This document shows positions 14,664 through 27,297 of a DNA stretch of 64,000 nt, piece by piece. The position numbers were made by a program, and so were the translations under genes. This DNA is from Proteromonas lacertae (Eukaryota). The notes beneath the pieces were generated by a model that had not been told where the DNA came from, ran no database searches, and was given only the letters and a program-made list of their open reading frames with translations. Numbering within the stretch: position 1 is the first letter of the stretch; each line of letters begins with the position of its first letter. The stretch is from positions 1 to 64,000 of the forward strand of contig NGBS01000297.1 in the NCBI GenBank assembly GCA_002245135.1. The letters run 5' to 3'.

Positions 14664-17600
14664 TTACTTTTTATATAATTTAGAGAAAAACGAATTCTTA
14701 TTTTCCAACAACTTGTGTGGATTATCATACTCGACTATTTCACCTTTATCCAATACTAACACTAAATCACTTTTTAAACTGTTTGATAAATGATTTATAT
14801 TAAATAAAAGAAACAATAGTACTTCAACAAAACAAAAAAAAAGATATGCGAAACTCTTACTAGTGTACTATTTGTAAAATAATTATCTAAAATATTCTCT
14901 ATTAAATCACTTGTATCTTTATCTATTGAAGATAAAGCTTCATCCATAAAAATGATAGAATATTTATTCAATAACAAATGACTAATTCTCAACAACTCTT
15001 TTTCCCCCATACTTAAATTCAGACTCTCATTTTGATTTAATTCCTCATTTATATTATCATTCTTAATCAATTTCTCTAAACCAACAACTTTCAAAACATT
15101 CATTATCTCTTTATCAGAAAATTCATTTCTAGGATCAATATTATATCTGATTGTATTATTCTCGTCAATCAATAATCCTTCTTGTGGAATAATACCAATA
15201 CTATTTCTATAACTTCTATTATTCAATACTCCAATATTATAATTACCAATATAAATCTCTCCTTCATAATGAATTAGATTTAATAAACACAATAATAACG
15301 TTGTTTTACCTGATCCAGTCCTACCACAGATTGTAATATGTTGCCCTTGTTTTATTGATAAATTTAGATTATATAACACTATTGGAGTATCAATACGATA
15401 TTTTACTGTTAAATGAGAGATGACAATATCACCACTAATTGATATTTTGGATGGAACAGAAGTGAATGATATTGAATTCATTTTCTCATCATTCTCTATT
15501 GCTTCATACTCTTTTATTCTTTCTAATGACACTAATTCTCTTTCCGTGTTTGATAACGAACTTACAAAACTCTATTCATTGATTATTACCTAAAAAAATA
15601 TACTGAAAATGTGTTGATTAATGGAAGTGAATAAGATAAACTATAGAAATATATTAATGAATAAATTGGATAAAATATACCATAAACCAATCAATCCAGC
15701 ACTCATAGCATCATTTGCTATAAAAAGAATAACGATAATAAAAAATACAACTAATATTTTGACCATACAATACTAAAATAACTGCAATAATCATAAATCC
15801 AATATATTGAACATATAAACTAAACCACTGAGCAGAACTCAAAACACTATAAACAGTACATTGATTTCTATCAATCAAATGTAAAGATTTATCTAAATAG
15901 AATGGAATTTTATGGAATATTCTAATAATAACTGATCCAGATAAACTCTCAATAAAATGTGAATATAATGGAGATCTTGTTACAGTATCAAGCCTTCTCA
16001 AATCCCTACAAACTGTTCTATACTTTCTTTGTATACCTAAATATCCAATAATTACTAGTAGTAATGGCAAACTTAATCTAGTATTTGATATTATTATTAT
16101 TGAAATAGTTCCAATCACAACATACAATTGCTTTATTAGAATATTAAATTGAAATGGTAATTCATCATCTACTGACCAAATATCTTGATTTATTCTATTC
16201 ACGATTCTACCTAATGGATTTTGATCAAAGAATAGTAATGGTTTTACTATCAGCTTCTTCAATAAATCATTATGTATGTATTCAGCACATCTTATACCAC
16301 CATATGCAAATGAAAAAGAACGAATGAATGAAGCAATTAAATTGATGATTAAGAAATACACATAATATCTCATATAATATGAACTATTTGAAATATCGTT
16401 TGTCCATCGAGATAGCCAAAAATCAGCTAAATTGGTTGAAAACTATAATAGAATATTATATAAAAAATAAATCTATACTTGCGAAATAGTTAATGAAAGA
16501 AATACTATCATCAATATCAGATAACTCATATTCTTAAAGTAATAGAAATAAACAGACGATTTGATTTTACCTTCTTCTGTTTGTTCATCAAATATCAACT
16601 GTCCACTTGCTTCTCCTCCACTTACTACATTGTTATTACTCTCTTTGATCTCTTCAATTTTAGATATTAACTCTTTCATTATTTCATTTGATTTTCCATC
16701 TTTTATTATCTTCCCATCTTCTAATACAATAATTCTGTCAAATCTCTTAGCAAATTCTAAATTATGAGTGACAAGAATAACTGATTTATCTTTCAAATAC
16801 CCATCCTTTTTGTTAAATAAAGCTTCGAATATTTCTTCACTTACAACAGAATCCAATGAAGCAAAAACATCATCTAATAAATACAATTCTGCATTATGAT
16901 AGATTGTCCTTGCTAAACACAATCTTTGTCTCTGTCCTCCACTTAGATTAATTCCATTATATCCAATTTCAGTCATATCTTTAGCAGGAAATGAATCAAT
17001 ATCTTTTAACATTGCACAGGCTTTTATTACTTCAGAGTATTTTGTTACAACAAAATTAGAGTTGAATGTGATTATATTCTGAATGGTATCATTCGGAATC
17101 CAAGGAATTTGACTGCAATAAGATAGATTATCAGTTTTATAGCATTTAACATTCTCATTCTCATTCAAATTTACACATTCCAATTCATTTAATAATGATA
17201 ATAACAACTGAGTTTTACCTGATCCAGTTTTACCAATAACAGCAATTTTTTCTTTCTCTTTCATTAAAAAACTAACATCATGAAGTAATTTCAAATCTCT
17301 ATTTGAAACTGGAGATAAATAACAATGTTTATATTCAACAATTACATGTTTATGATCTTTCTGATTTGTTACAGATGGTGGGATATATTCTAATACTGGT
17401 CTATTTAATTCCGTAGTAAATAAGAAATCCTGTATTCTTTTACCTGATACTAAAGCTTCTAACATTCCATTCAAAATCCAAGGAAATGCATTCATTGGAT
17501 AAATCAGAATATTCAACAATGTAATAGTAGTAAATGCTCTTGAAGCGTTAATCTCTTCATTCAATTTATAAGCTGTGAATAAAGTACCGAAAATAACTAA

Positions 17601-19100
17601 AAATGGAGTACTTCCCCAAAAGAAAACACAAAATGCATCTAAATATTTCCTATACTTCAAATATCTAATTTCATTATTCCTATATTTTTTTATATTTTTA
17701 ATATAAATATCTTCATAACACATTGCTCTTATTACTCTTATGTAATTCAATAATGAAGTATACCATTTCACTCTGTTATCTTTATTCTCCATCATTAACC
17801 TCGTATATCTTGTTATATACTTTGCAATATAGAAATTAATTGGAATAATACATAACAACATTATTAATGGAGTTAAAAATGCAATTCCTACAGTATTATA
17901 GAGTAAATATAATGTTAAAACAACTTGGACTGGAACACTCCAGAATTCGTGAAATATACTACAAGCATCTGATAATTTCTGTGAATCAATTGACATTAAG
18001 TTGGTAATTTTTCCATCAACAATCCTTATCTTAGATAATAAAGCAGTATGATAAATTGAGCTAATCAATCCAGTTCTAAATCTTAAAGAAATCTTTCCAA
18101 TTATGAATGTATAATGAGGTGTTAAGTTAGCAGTTATTATCAAACAAATAATCAATATTCCACTGTAAATAACAAACCATTTCAAAGTATATTCTTTTTC
18201 TACTAAATCCACTATTTGCTTCAATAATATTGGTGGTGCTAAAGCTAATAAATCAATAGATAATTTCACTATTCCTAACCAATAATATTGCTTACCTAAG
18301 AAGTGATTAAATATATGAAACAATGGAATAGAACTGTTACTATTCTTTTCTCTTTGTTTTGATAGTAATTCATAAAATTCATTTGATAACTTTTCTGTAT
18401 TTTCTGTATATGGAAGTGGTCTTAAATCTTTCCATTTGATTGTACGATGTTCTGAAAGTGTTATTAAAGGTGATAACCATGAGAAAAAGAATTTATTAAT
18501 GAATGTGATCTTTGTGTAATCTATTATTTGTGTGAAGGTTTTGTATTGATAATCGATGAATAACAATCTGTATAATATATACGCTGTACATAAATGAAAT
18601 ATTATAAAATAAATGATAGATTGCCATGAGTTCATGTACGAAGTAATATTGTAGGAATAATATGAAAATACTAATTCAAGTGAGAACGGAATGATATAAA
18701 TTCTATATTATTATAATAAATCACTTATATATAGCTCATACAATGATATTGTTATAAAAGTAAGGTGTATATATATAAATATCATTAAATAACAAAACCA
18801 TAATATAATATTTATTGAATGTAGTATCTATGACAATAAATATTTTAAAATAAACATACTAAATAACCTGTATTGTTAGGATCGAGGATTGAGTAAAGCG
18901 ATAGAATAATCGCAATACAAATTGTTGCAGGTATTATAATTTGAATTACATGATATTTTGGAGGTTGTATCTATAAATAATAGTTCACATAATACACTAT
19001 CTGCTAATCTTTTAGAATTTTTCAGAGAAAAGCATATTTTTAAGTAACATATACACTGAATGAACTTAATAGTAAGAAAAATAGCATAAAACTGCAACAT
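14664..19100 (-). CDS. ABC transporter, ABCC (MRP7/ABCC10-like)
   Basis: Two TMD-NBD halves: GKTGSGKT, LSGGQRQR, LLDD; GRTGSGKT, LSMGEKE, FMDE; last exon joined via an AT-AA intron. Confidence 0.9.
14795..14847 (-). other. U12-like AT-AA intron, 53 nt
   Basis: TCG C|ATATCTTTT...TTTCTTTTATTTAATATAA|AT CAT restores VSHHLSNSLKSDLVLVLDKGEIVEYD. Confidence 0.75.
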
Positions 19101-19300
19101 TTAAATGAAAATAGTGAGAAAATTCTTGTTTTTCTTCTTTTTCATTCCAACAAATTATTAGAATATAACATTATTATTGTAATAATCATCTTTAGATTAA
19201 CATTATGCAAACTACAAAATAAAATCATATCAACAAAACCCAATTTCACACATTAGAAAAAAATTGATGTAATATAAAAATAATAATTTTATCTTTCTAC

Positions 19301-20360
19301 TTAATTTGATATGTTCTTCCCCATTATATCTTTACATACTTTCCCAACATCAGTACCATACAAGAAAACTGCAACAATAACCAAAATTGTGCCAATAGTA
19401 AATACCAAAGTAACATGAAAATCAAACAAATAAATTGACAAAATACATGACAATACAATAGACACAGAGGTTGCAAATCCTTTCAATATATTATCTGCAT
19501 ATTTAATAACCACAGCCACTACTAAACCACCAAAAGCTTGGATTGAAATACATAACCATACCCAGTTGTTATAACCTAATAAAAAACCTTTTTCTGAGAC
19601 GATAGCCCTTTCTCTATACCAAATACCCATAAAGCAGAAGATTAAACTAAATACAGACAATTGAATATTCCTAATCCAAATTGATGATTTTGCTCCTTTT
19701 AATAACTTTTCGAAATATACACCAGCAAATCCTGATGTTAAAGATGATATAATAACACATGTCATACCCCACCAGTATATACCACCAGCTGGATCAGGAG
19801 CATTTCCTTTAGGTTGTACTAAAGCAACGCCACCTGTCAATATTACTAGACTTATCCACTGATAACCTGTTAAATGCTTACTTAATACTAACACTGAGAA
19901 AAGAGCTGTAGTTAAGATTTTGAGTTGATAAGTGACTTGATATGTGGCTGCATCTAAATTACTTAGAGCAATGTACAATAAATTATTCTGTAATGTGTAT
20001 AATCCTGATGGAATGATTAACAATAAAGTATCACGAGGTTGATCTATAATATCCTCTTTCACTCTCTATTTTTGTTATAAAATGCAATAATAATGAATAG
20101 TAAATACTTTTAGCATTCCTCCAATACTATTTTCTTGATATGTTATCATCACAATACAAGTTATAAGTTTAAATAACTCACTAAACACAACAGCTGTTGA
20201 TGTTAAATATCTACACAATATAAACCATGACAATACTTATCACCAGGAATAGTTCTGGTATAACGCATTACAAGAACCTATTTGCGATAATAATAGAAAA
20301 ATATACTTGCGCTGTGTTCTGTATAACCAATATGATCAAACTTAAATACTTGATATTCAT
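19301..20360 (-). CDS. Nucleotide-sugar transporter, SLC35A family
   Basis: [69 protein letters not shown]; three introns. Confidence 0.92.
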
Positions 20361-20424
20361 GTTAGTGAAGCAAAATAAAAATTCGAAATGGAATAAAAAA
20401 TATCCGTTCTATGAATATTTAAAA

Positions 20425-21538
20425 ATGAAAAAGAAGGTTATATTTCTGGTACTTATTTCAATTTTATCATCAATAAAGGTATAAAATGCAACTAATGCTA
20501 TTTTTAATAGACAATTTTGTTTAATTATACTCAAACAAGACCTGGTGAGCAGTATATCAATAATAACGATATTGAATAGATTCATATCATCCACAGCAGT
20601 GTTATTGACAGAAATATTAAAAGTGGTTGTTTCTTGTTTTGCGATTTTTGTGATGGAGTGGAAAAATAAAGGATTTGTACATGTATATACAACAAAATAT
20701 CATATATTAGTGTATCAAAAAAGAAATAATAGGCAAACCTTATGACACATTAGAATTACTTCTGCCTTCTTCTTTCTACACTCTTCAACAGTTTTTGTTG
20801 TATATTAATATGCTTATATTCGTAATAGATATATAGCTCTAAGAAATATTGATGCAGCCACTTACCAAATAACATTTCAACTCAAAATCCTAATAACAGC
20901 AGTTTTTTCTGTCATTTTAATGAAAAAGAAATTATCCTTTACTCAATGGTTTAGTTTATTATTATTAATGTGTGGAGTAGCATTAGTTCAACCATACAGT
21001 ATATATATAAATAAATATCTTTACATAAATAGAAGTAAATAGAATTCCAGAAGGAAATTATTTGATTGGAATTACTTGTGTAATTATTTGTTCATTAACA
21101 TCAGGATTTGCAGGAGTATATTGTGAAAAAATAATGAAAAATTCCAATCATAATGTCTGGATTCATACGATACAAATGTCAATATGGAGTATATTACTGT
21201 CATTTATTGGAATGTCTTTTTATGATTTGATGATAATAAGTAAAAAAGGATTCTTCTTTGCTTATGATCATTTAGTGTGGCTTTGTATTTTAGTTCAGTT
21301 ATTGAATGGATTTATTGTGATATATGTTATTATTTATGCTGATAGAATATTGAAAGGTTTTGCTACTTCAATTTCTATAATAATCTCATCTGTCATCTCC
21401 ATGATATTATTTGATTTTAAATTCACATGGAATTTTCTCTTAGGCTCTATTATTGTTATTTTGTCAAGTTATATGTATGGAAGAGCTAAATTAGAAAAAG
21501 AAAAAGTAGATCAATTAGTTTTACCAAAACATGAATAA
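20425..21538 (+). CDS. Divergent SLC35A nucleotide-sugar transporter paralog
   Basis: [43 protein letters not shown]; five introns. Confidence 0.85.
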
Positions 21539-22040
21539 TGTATAATATATAACCTATGTAATTTAATATTTATATGAAACATTGTTTGTTTTATTTGTAA
21601 ATAAAGAGATATTAACAGTTTTCATAATAAAATATCAAACTGTAATTCAAACTTTCATTATTAAATATTCCATTATTCTCTGTATATAAATACTGGAATG
21701 TCATAAATACATTATAAAATGACTATTATTTTTAATATAGTAAATATGAGAATAACTATTCACTCAAATTGAATAGTTAGTTTGTATTTTGTAAAACAAT
21801 AATGAATATGAAGAAATTGGTGTGTTATTCCAATATTATTATATATAGTAGATAAAAAATCAGAATACATGTTATTATAAACTTAAAGAACAATAAGTGT
21901 TGTTCATTGTATTAAATAATTAGTAAATTACAAGAAATAATGAATTATATATATATGACAACAAAAATGTCTCAAAATGATTGTGTTTTAACTCAATATT
22001 GTAACATTACAATTTTGTCTCATTTCTTTGTTGAATAAAA

Positions 22041-22702
22041 ATGAAATCTTTCATTGTTTTTTGTTTAAGTATAATTCACAATTAATATATTATATTTAAT
22101 TTATAGTTGCATTGATAGCAGCAGCTACAATCCCAGTACCAAAAGAATTAGGAGGTAAATTTCATGATGATTCTACAAGTACAACTATAATTGTTACTGA
22201 TAAGTATTATATGACTTATATGAATTTTATGGGTATGGAAATGAATGGAGTGTATGATAGTGAAAGTATTATTGGAGGTATATATATATCATTTATAATA
22301 TAAATAGGTGAAACAACAACATACAAAGCCAAAACACTAAATTTGAACTTAGGAGGTATTGCTAATAATGATATGATAAAAATGGTATTTACACAAGCTG
22401 GTTGTCCAGTTCCAGATACATCAATAATATCATTTAAATGGATTAAAGATAAGTGTTCAAAAGCAATGGATGATTTTGATATTACTGAAGTTCCAGAGGA
22501 AATTGTATTAGCGAAGAATAAAGAAAGTGATTCTGTTGCTTATCAAATTAAAAGTGGTATAATGACTAAGAATGAATTTAAGCTTAGTAACGTTGCTGAT
22601 TTGAATACTGAAGTAGAAAATACCTTAAAACCAGATGGTTCTAATGGTATAATCCCAACATTAATGGTTGTAGTAGTAACATTAGCAATTTTAATGTTAT
22701 AA
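22041..22702 (+). CDS. Predicted secreted, GPI-anchored surface protein
   Basis: Signal peptide MKSFIVFCLIALIAAAT; C-terminus DGSNGIIPTLMVVVVTLAILML; two introns. Confidence 0.65.
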
Positions 22703-23063
22703 ATTATAACATTAAATGATCTGATTCTACTGATATTCTTTTTTTTATTGGTAATATTTGATATTCATATAATTCATAATATATTATCTTCATCAAAATC
22801 AGTTAATTACAATTTATATGAAAGTAAGTTAAATAAAAAAGAAATTATGAAATAATCAATCAACGAATAACTACTAACTTTCATAATCAAATTTATACTC
22901 AAAATCTTAAATCTATCAAATATCAAAACAAATTTCAGCCTCTAAGAGTGTTATGAGATTGGACTTCTTATCAGAGACGCTTTATTTAAATAAAAGCCAA
23001 TCTGAGTAAATCCCCAAAGAAAAAAAGAGTCAATTTGCATTAAAGAAGCAGAAATCATCAAAT

Positions 23064-23466
23064 TTATTCGCTACCACCAATATTGAAGTATCTTAATTCA
23101 TAGGTGTCTCTTTTATTAGCAACAACATGAAGATATTCTCTTAAGTTGTTCTTCTTGATGTATTTCTTTGTAAGATATTTAAGATATCTCTTTGAGAATG
23201 GGATGTTTACTTCTACTTTTAATTTATCAGATTCAGCATCAACTTTTACTATTCCAAATTAATAAACAAACAAAAATACCTGCTTCACCTAAAACTCCCT
23301 TCTTGTTGTTAACTTTAATGTTTCCTTGTAAGAATTCTTTCTATTAGAATATTATATTACATTTCTATACAAAGTTGGCGATATCAATGATCTTATCCTT
23401 TACTGGTTTGGATAAATCAATAACGTATGTTGATGAGGTCTTTTGTACTGGTTTTTTAGCTGGCAT
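23064..23466 (-). CDS. RPL22: 60S ribosomal protein L22 (eL22)
   Basis: [47 protein letters not shown]; two introns; absent from the ORF track. Confidence 0.95.
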
Positions 23467-23940
23467 TTTAAATGCTTCAAAAATGCAATAAGTTTGATTG
23501 GCTTGATGTGTATTAAGTGTATTTTTTTTGTATTATTTTTGTACTTGTTTAATTTTCAAAGGCAAGGAATAATTCATACATATAAATCATATTTCAATAT
23601 TTTTACGTTTTATTAAGGTAAAATTATTAGTAGCAACAGAAGATCACAAATTTAATAACCCAAATGTAAATTATTCATCAAAATAATTAGTATAATACAT
23701 TTCAATAATCCAAATAATTATTTTTCGTATATATCATACATATCTCTATAATAAACTAAAAGATCTAACACAATTCATTGCTTTTATTCTGCATACGATA
23801 TAAACATATAATAATTTCTTTTCCTTATTTCTTTCGTTCATAATATAAAAAATACAATTCTTTTATGTTAAGTTATGTAAAACTGTTTCATAATCAAACC
23901 TTTTGTTTGTATAGTAGTTTCAAACTTTTGAAATTTTAAT

Positions 23941-25031
23941 ATGCCAAAATCAGAAGTGTCACAGAAAGAAATATACTCTTATGATGCTCCTTGGCCAGTC
24001 TACTCATTGGCATGGTCAGTAAGGAAGGACCCTAAGCATATGTATCGATTTGCTTTAGGGAGCTTTTTGGAGGATTTTCATAATCTAATAAATGTATTTA
24101 ATTTTTATACATCATACTAGATTGTGCAACTTGATGAAGAAAAAGGTGAATATGTTAGTACTGCATCCTTTCGACATCCATACCCAGCAACAAAAGTAAT
24201 GTGGATTCCAGACCAAAGTCTTGGAACTCCAGATCTACTAGCCTCTTCGGGAGACTATATTCGATTGTGGAATGTTAATGATGATGGTACTGTCACATCA
24301 AAAGCTAAATTAGATATTGTATGTTTACTTAATATAAGTATGATAAAATAGAATACAAATTCAGAGTTCTGCTCTCCATTAACTTCTTTTGACTGGTGTG
24401 ACTATGATTATAATTTAATTGGAACTGCAAGTATTGATACAACATGTACAATATGGGATTTAAATGTATAAAATGAAATATTATATATTAATTCTATTAT
24501 AATTAGACAGAACAAGTGAAAACTCAATTAATAGCTCATGAAAATGAAGTATATGATATTGCCTTTGGTAATTCCAAAGATATATTTGGTACAGTAAGTG
24601 CAGATGGTTCAGTTCGTATATTTGACTTAAGAGCATTAGATCATTCCAATATCTTATATGAATGTAGTTCTCCAATAATGCGTATATCATGGAATAAACA
24701 GGATTCGTCGTTTATTTCAATAATACTACAAGATAATACACAAACACAGATATTAGATACAAGATATCCTTCTCACCCTATTATGGAGCTGTCAGGGCAT
24801 TCTTGTCCAGTAAATTGCTTATCATGGGCACCACACTCAGCTTGCCATATATGCACAGCTGGTGATGACTCTAAAGCATTAATCTGGAATCTAGCGAGAC
24901 CTTCAAATCCAATGGATCCTATATTAGCATATAATGCTGGTATGCCTATTGAGAATCTACAATGGTCATGCTCTCATCCAGATTTTATTGCAATCGCGTT
25001 TGCTCAGAAAGTACAAGTATTGAAAGTGTAA
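23941..25031 (+). CDS. DCAF7: WD40 protein of the DCAF7/WDR68/AN11 family
   Basis: [72 protein letters not shown]. Confidence 0.92.
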
Positions 25032-25128
25032 AAGTTTGTTGTTCTAATATTAATTAAATGTATTTCTTTTTAAATAGCTAAATTTGTGTTAGGGGAAAAA
25101 AAAACAAATAAAAATTATGTATTTCTAT

Positions 25129-26026
25129 TTATCTGAACTTTACATCACCAGGTAATCCACCTAATGCACTTTTAAGAGCTTTAGGATCTGCCCATTGTGA
25201 TGCTAAATAATCATCTTCATCATCTTCTGTTAATTGTTTCATTTCTTCCTGTTTCTTATAATATAACGCCATCATTTGTTTTCTTTCTTCATCACTTACA
25301 GCTGGCTGTCTTTGTGGAGGTCCAGATCCTTTCTTTTGGATTTTTGCAATTATCATTGTTTTTTCATTTTTTCCAACTCTGTCACCCACTGTTTGGTTTC
25401 TCAGAAATTCTTTTCCTGCCCACCATAATGTGCATGTTTCTGGATCTAAATAACTTAAAGAAGCTGAAGTTCCTTCAATCTCTTCTTTTCCATCAAAAAT
25501 TTGTTTTACTGGATCATAATCTGGTATACCCATTGGATAAGCTATTGTCACAGCACCTCTTAGGTTATCCATTACATTTTTTATTCCTTCTTCAGTTAAT
25601 GCAACTTTATTTAATGCCTGATTTCTTGATATATATGCTTTTGCTTCTTCGCATGTTTTATTTATTACTTTTGCTAAATCTGGACCACATCCGTTACCAG
25701 TTCTTTTCCCAAGGGGATCTTCTTCGTAAAATTCATTCTTTTCGATTGGATCTTCAGAATACTATTTATAATAAATGAACAATAGAAACTATACTTTATC
25801 AAGACCTTGCTTTTCTGGAAGTTTAGCAGGTCCATGCTTCCCTAGCCGTTCGCATTCAACAACTAATCTTTCTATTTGATGTCTACTATTCTCTATATTA
25901 GCCTATTTCGAATAATATTACTTTAAAATATACCAAACTTCTTATAACAGCATCATTACTTGCTTTGCATGTAGTTTCAAAAATAAATTGGTCAGTATCG
26001 TCGAATTTAATGTGAATAACAACCAT
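25129..26026 (-). CDS. CFAP298: CFAP298 (C21orf59) family protein
   Basis: MVVIHIK..QFIFET..KHGP..DPLGKRTGN..LRGAVTIAYPMGIPDYDPV..LWWAGKEF..VGKNEKT..YYKKQEE. Confidence 0.85.
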
Positions 26027-26305
26027 TTTTTGAATTTAAAAAAAAGAAACGGATTAAATTTTCTAGACTTTTCTTGAAAAACGTTTGTTTAACTGAATTG
26101 TAAAGTAGTTACTGTTACTTGGGTTTATAATTGCTAAATTGATCATTTTATTGGATATTGTATTGTTGATTTGAACAAATATATTAAAACAAAAATGAAT
26201 TTATTCATTAAAGAAATATATATCAATTGCTATAGTAACATAAAGCAAAAAAGAAAAACTAATGCAAATAATTTTCTTTATAAATATTAAATAACAGATA
26301 TTAGA

Positions 26306-27036
26306 CTAACTACCTTCTAAAATCCCATCCACTCTATTTAAATATGTATTATGAAAATAATAATACTATTCTATGAGTCGAACTGTATTGTTGAGATTGT
26401 TTATCAAGTTGATCATAATAATCACATTCCTGTAATTTTGATGGGTCAAAAACATCCTATTAATGTATATAATCTTTATTATTTATATACTGCTGTAAAA
26501 TTAGAACCGTATTGATCTATATTATAATAATCAATAATCTGTTGAAGAATGTATGGATTTTTAAACTGTTTCTTTCTTCTCAAATTCTCTGTGAATGTTA
26601 TTGGATAGTTTTCATATTCTTCAATCTCTTTCTTAATCCTTGCTTCAATAACTGCATCGCACACTCCTTCTGGTTCTGGTGGAATTAAAGGTCCATTTAT
26701 TACTGTTATTTCTTCTGTATTTCCATCAACATTATTTGATGTTCTACTATTATTCGTATTGTTGTTAGTTTGCCCGTTCGTATCTATGAAACAATAAAAA
26801 TTAGAGAAATCGTTATAAATATTGTACTATTAATTGTATTATTACCATCATTACTCGATTTTAGATTGTTCTGTTGTAAATTCAACAATCCTTCTCTTTT
26901 AAAATCAACCTAAAAAATAAAGTAAGTAAAATACTTCTTCTAATTCATCCTCATAATATGGCAAAATGCTTGAAATTTTATTTTTAGTGCTTTTTTCATC
27001 AGGTTCTTCATTAGCATAGCCGAAAAGATTGTTCAT
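26306..27036 (-). CDS. SAP30-binding protein (HCNGP-like)
   Basis: LIPPEPEGVCD..LRRKKQFKNPYILQQIIDYYNIDQYGSNF..|DVFDP..DYYDQL. Confidence 0.75.
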
Positions 27037-27297
27037 TTGAAAATTGCTTGAGAAAATCAAACTTTTTTAGTTTAAATTATTTTTTCATATAGAAGCAGGT
27101 TTCAATCATTCTCGGATTATCCGTTAATAACATAGTTGCAGCTTTTACTTGCATATAATATTCAAAGAATCAAGCGCAACTGCTAATTTAACAGTTTTAC
27201 TTATACCAGTATTTACGGTTATTTTTATATATTTTAATTTATTAACTCATTTTTTGATAGTATATAGGCCATTAATATAATTTCTAGACTGTTAATT

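Noticed and set aside
22938..23015. HDV-like or hammerhead ribozyme, TPP riboswitch or RNase MRP call
   Set aside because: Conserved core nucleotides are missing; kept only as an unassigned structured element
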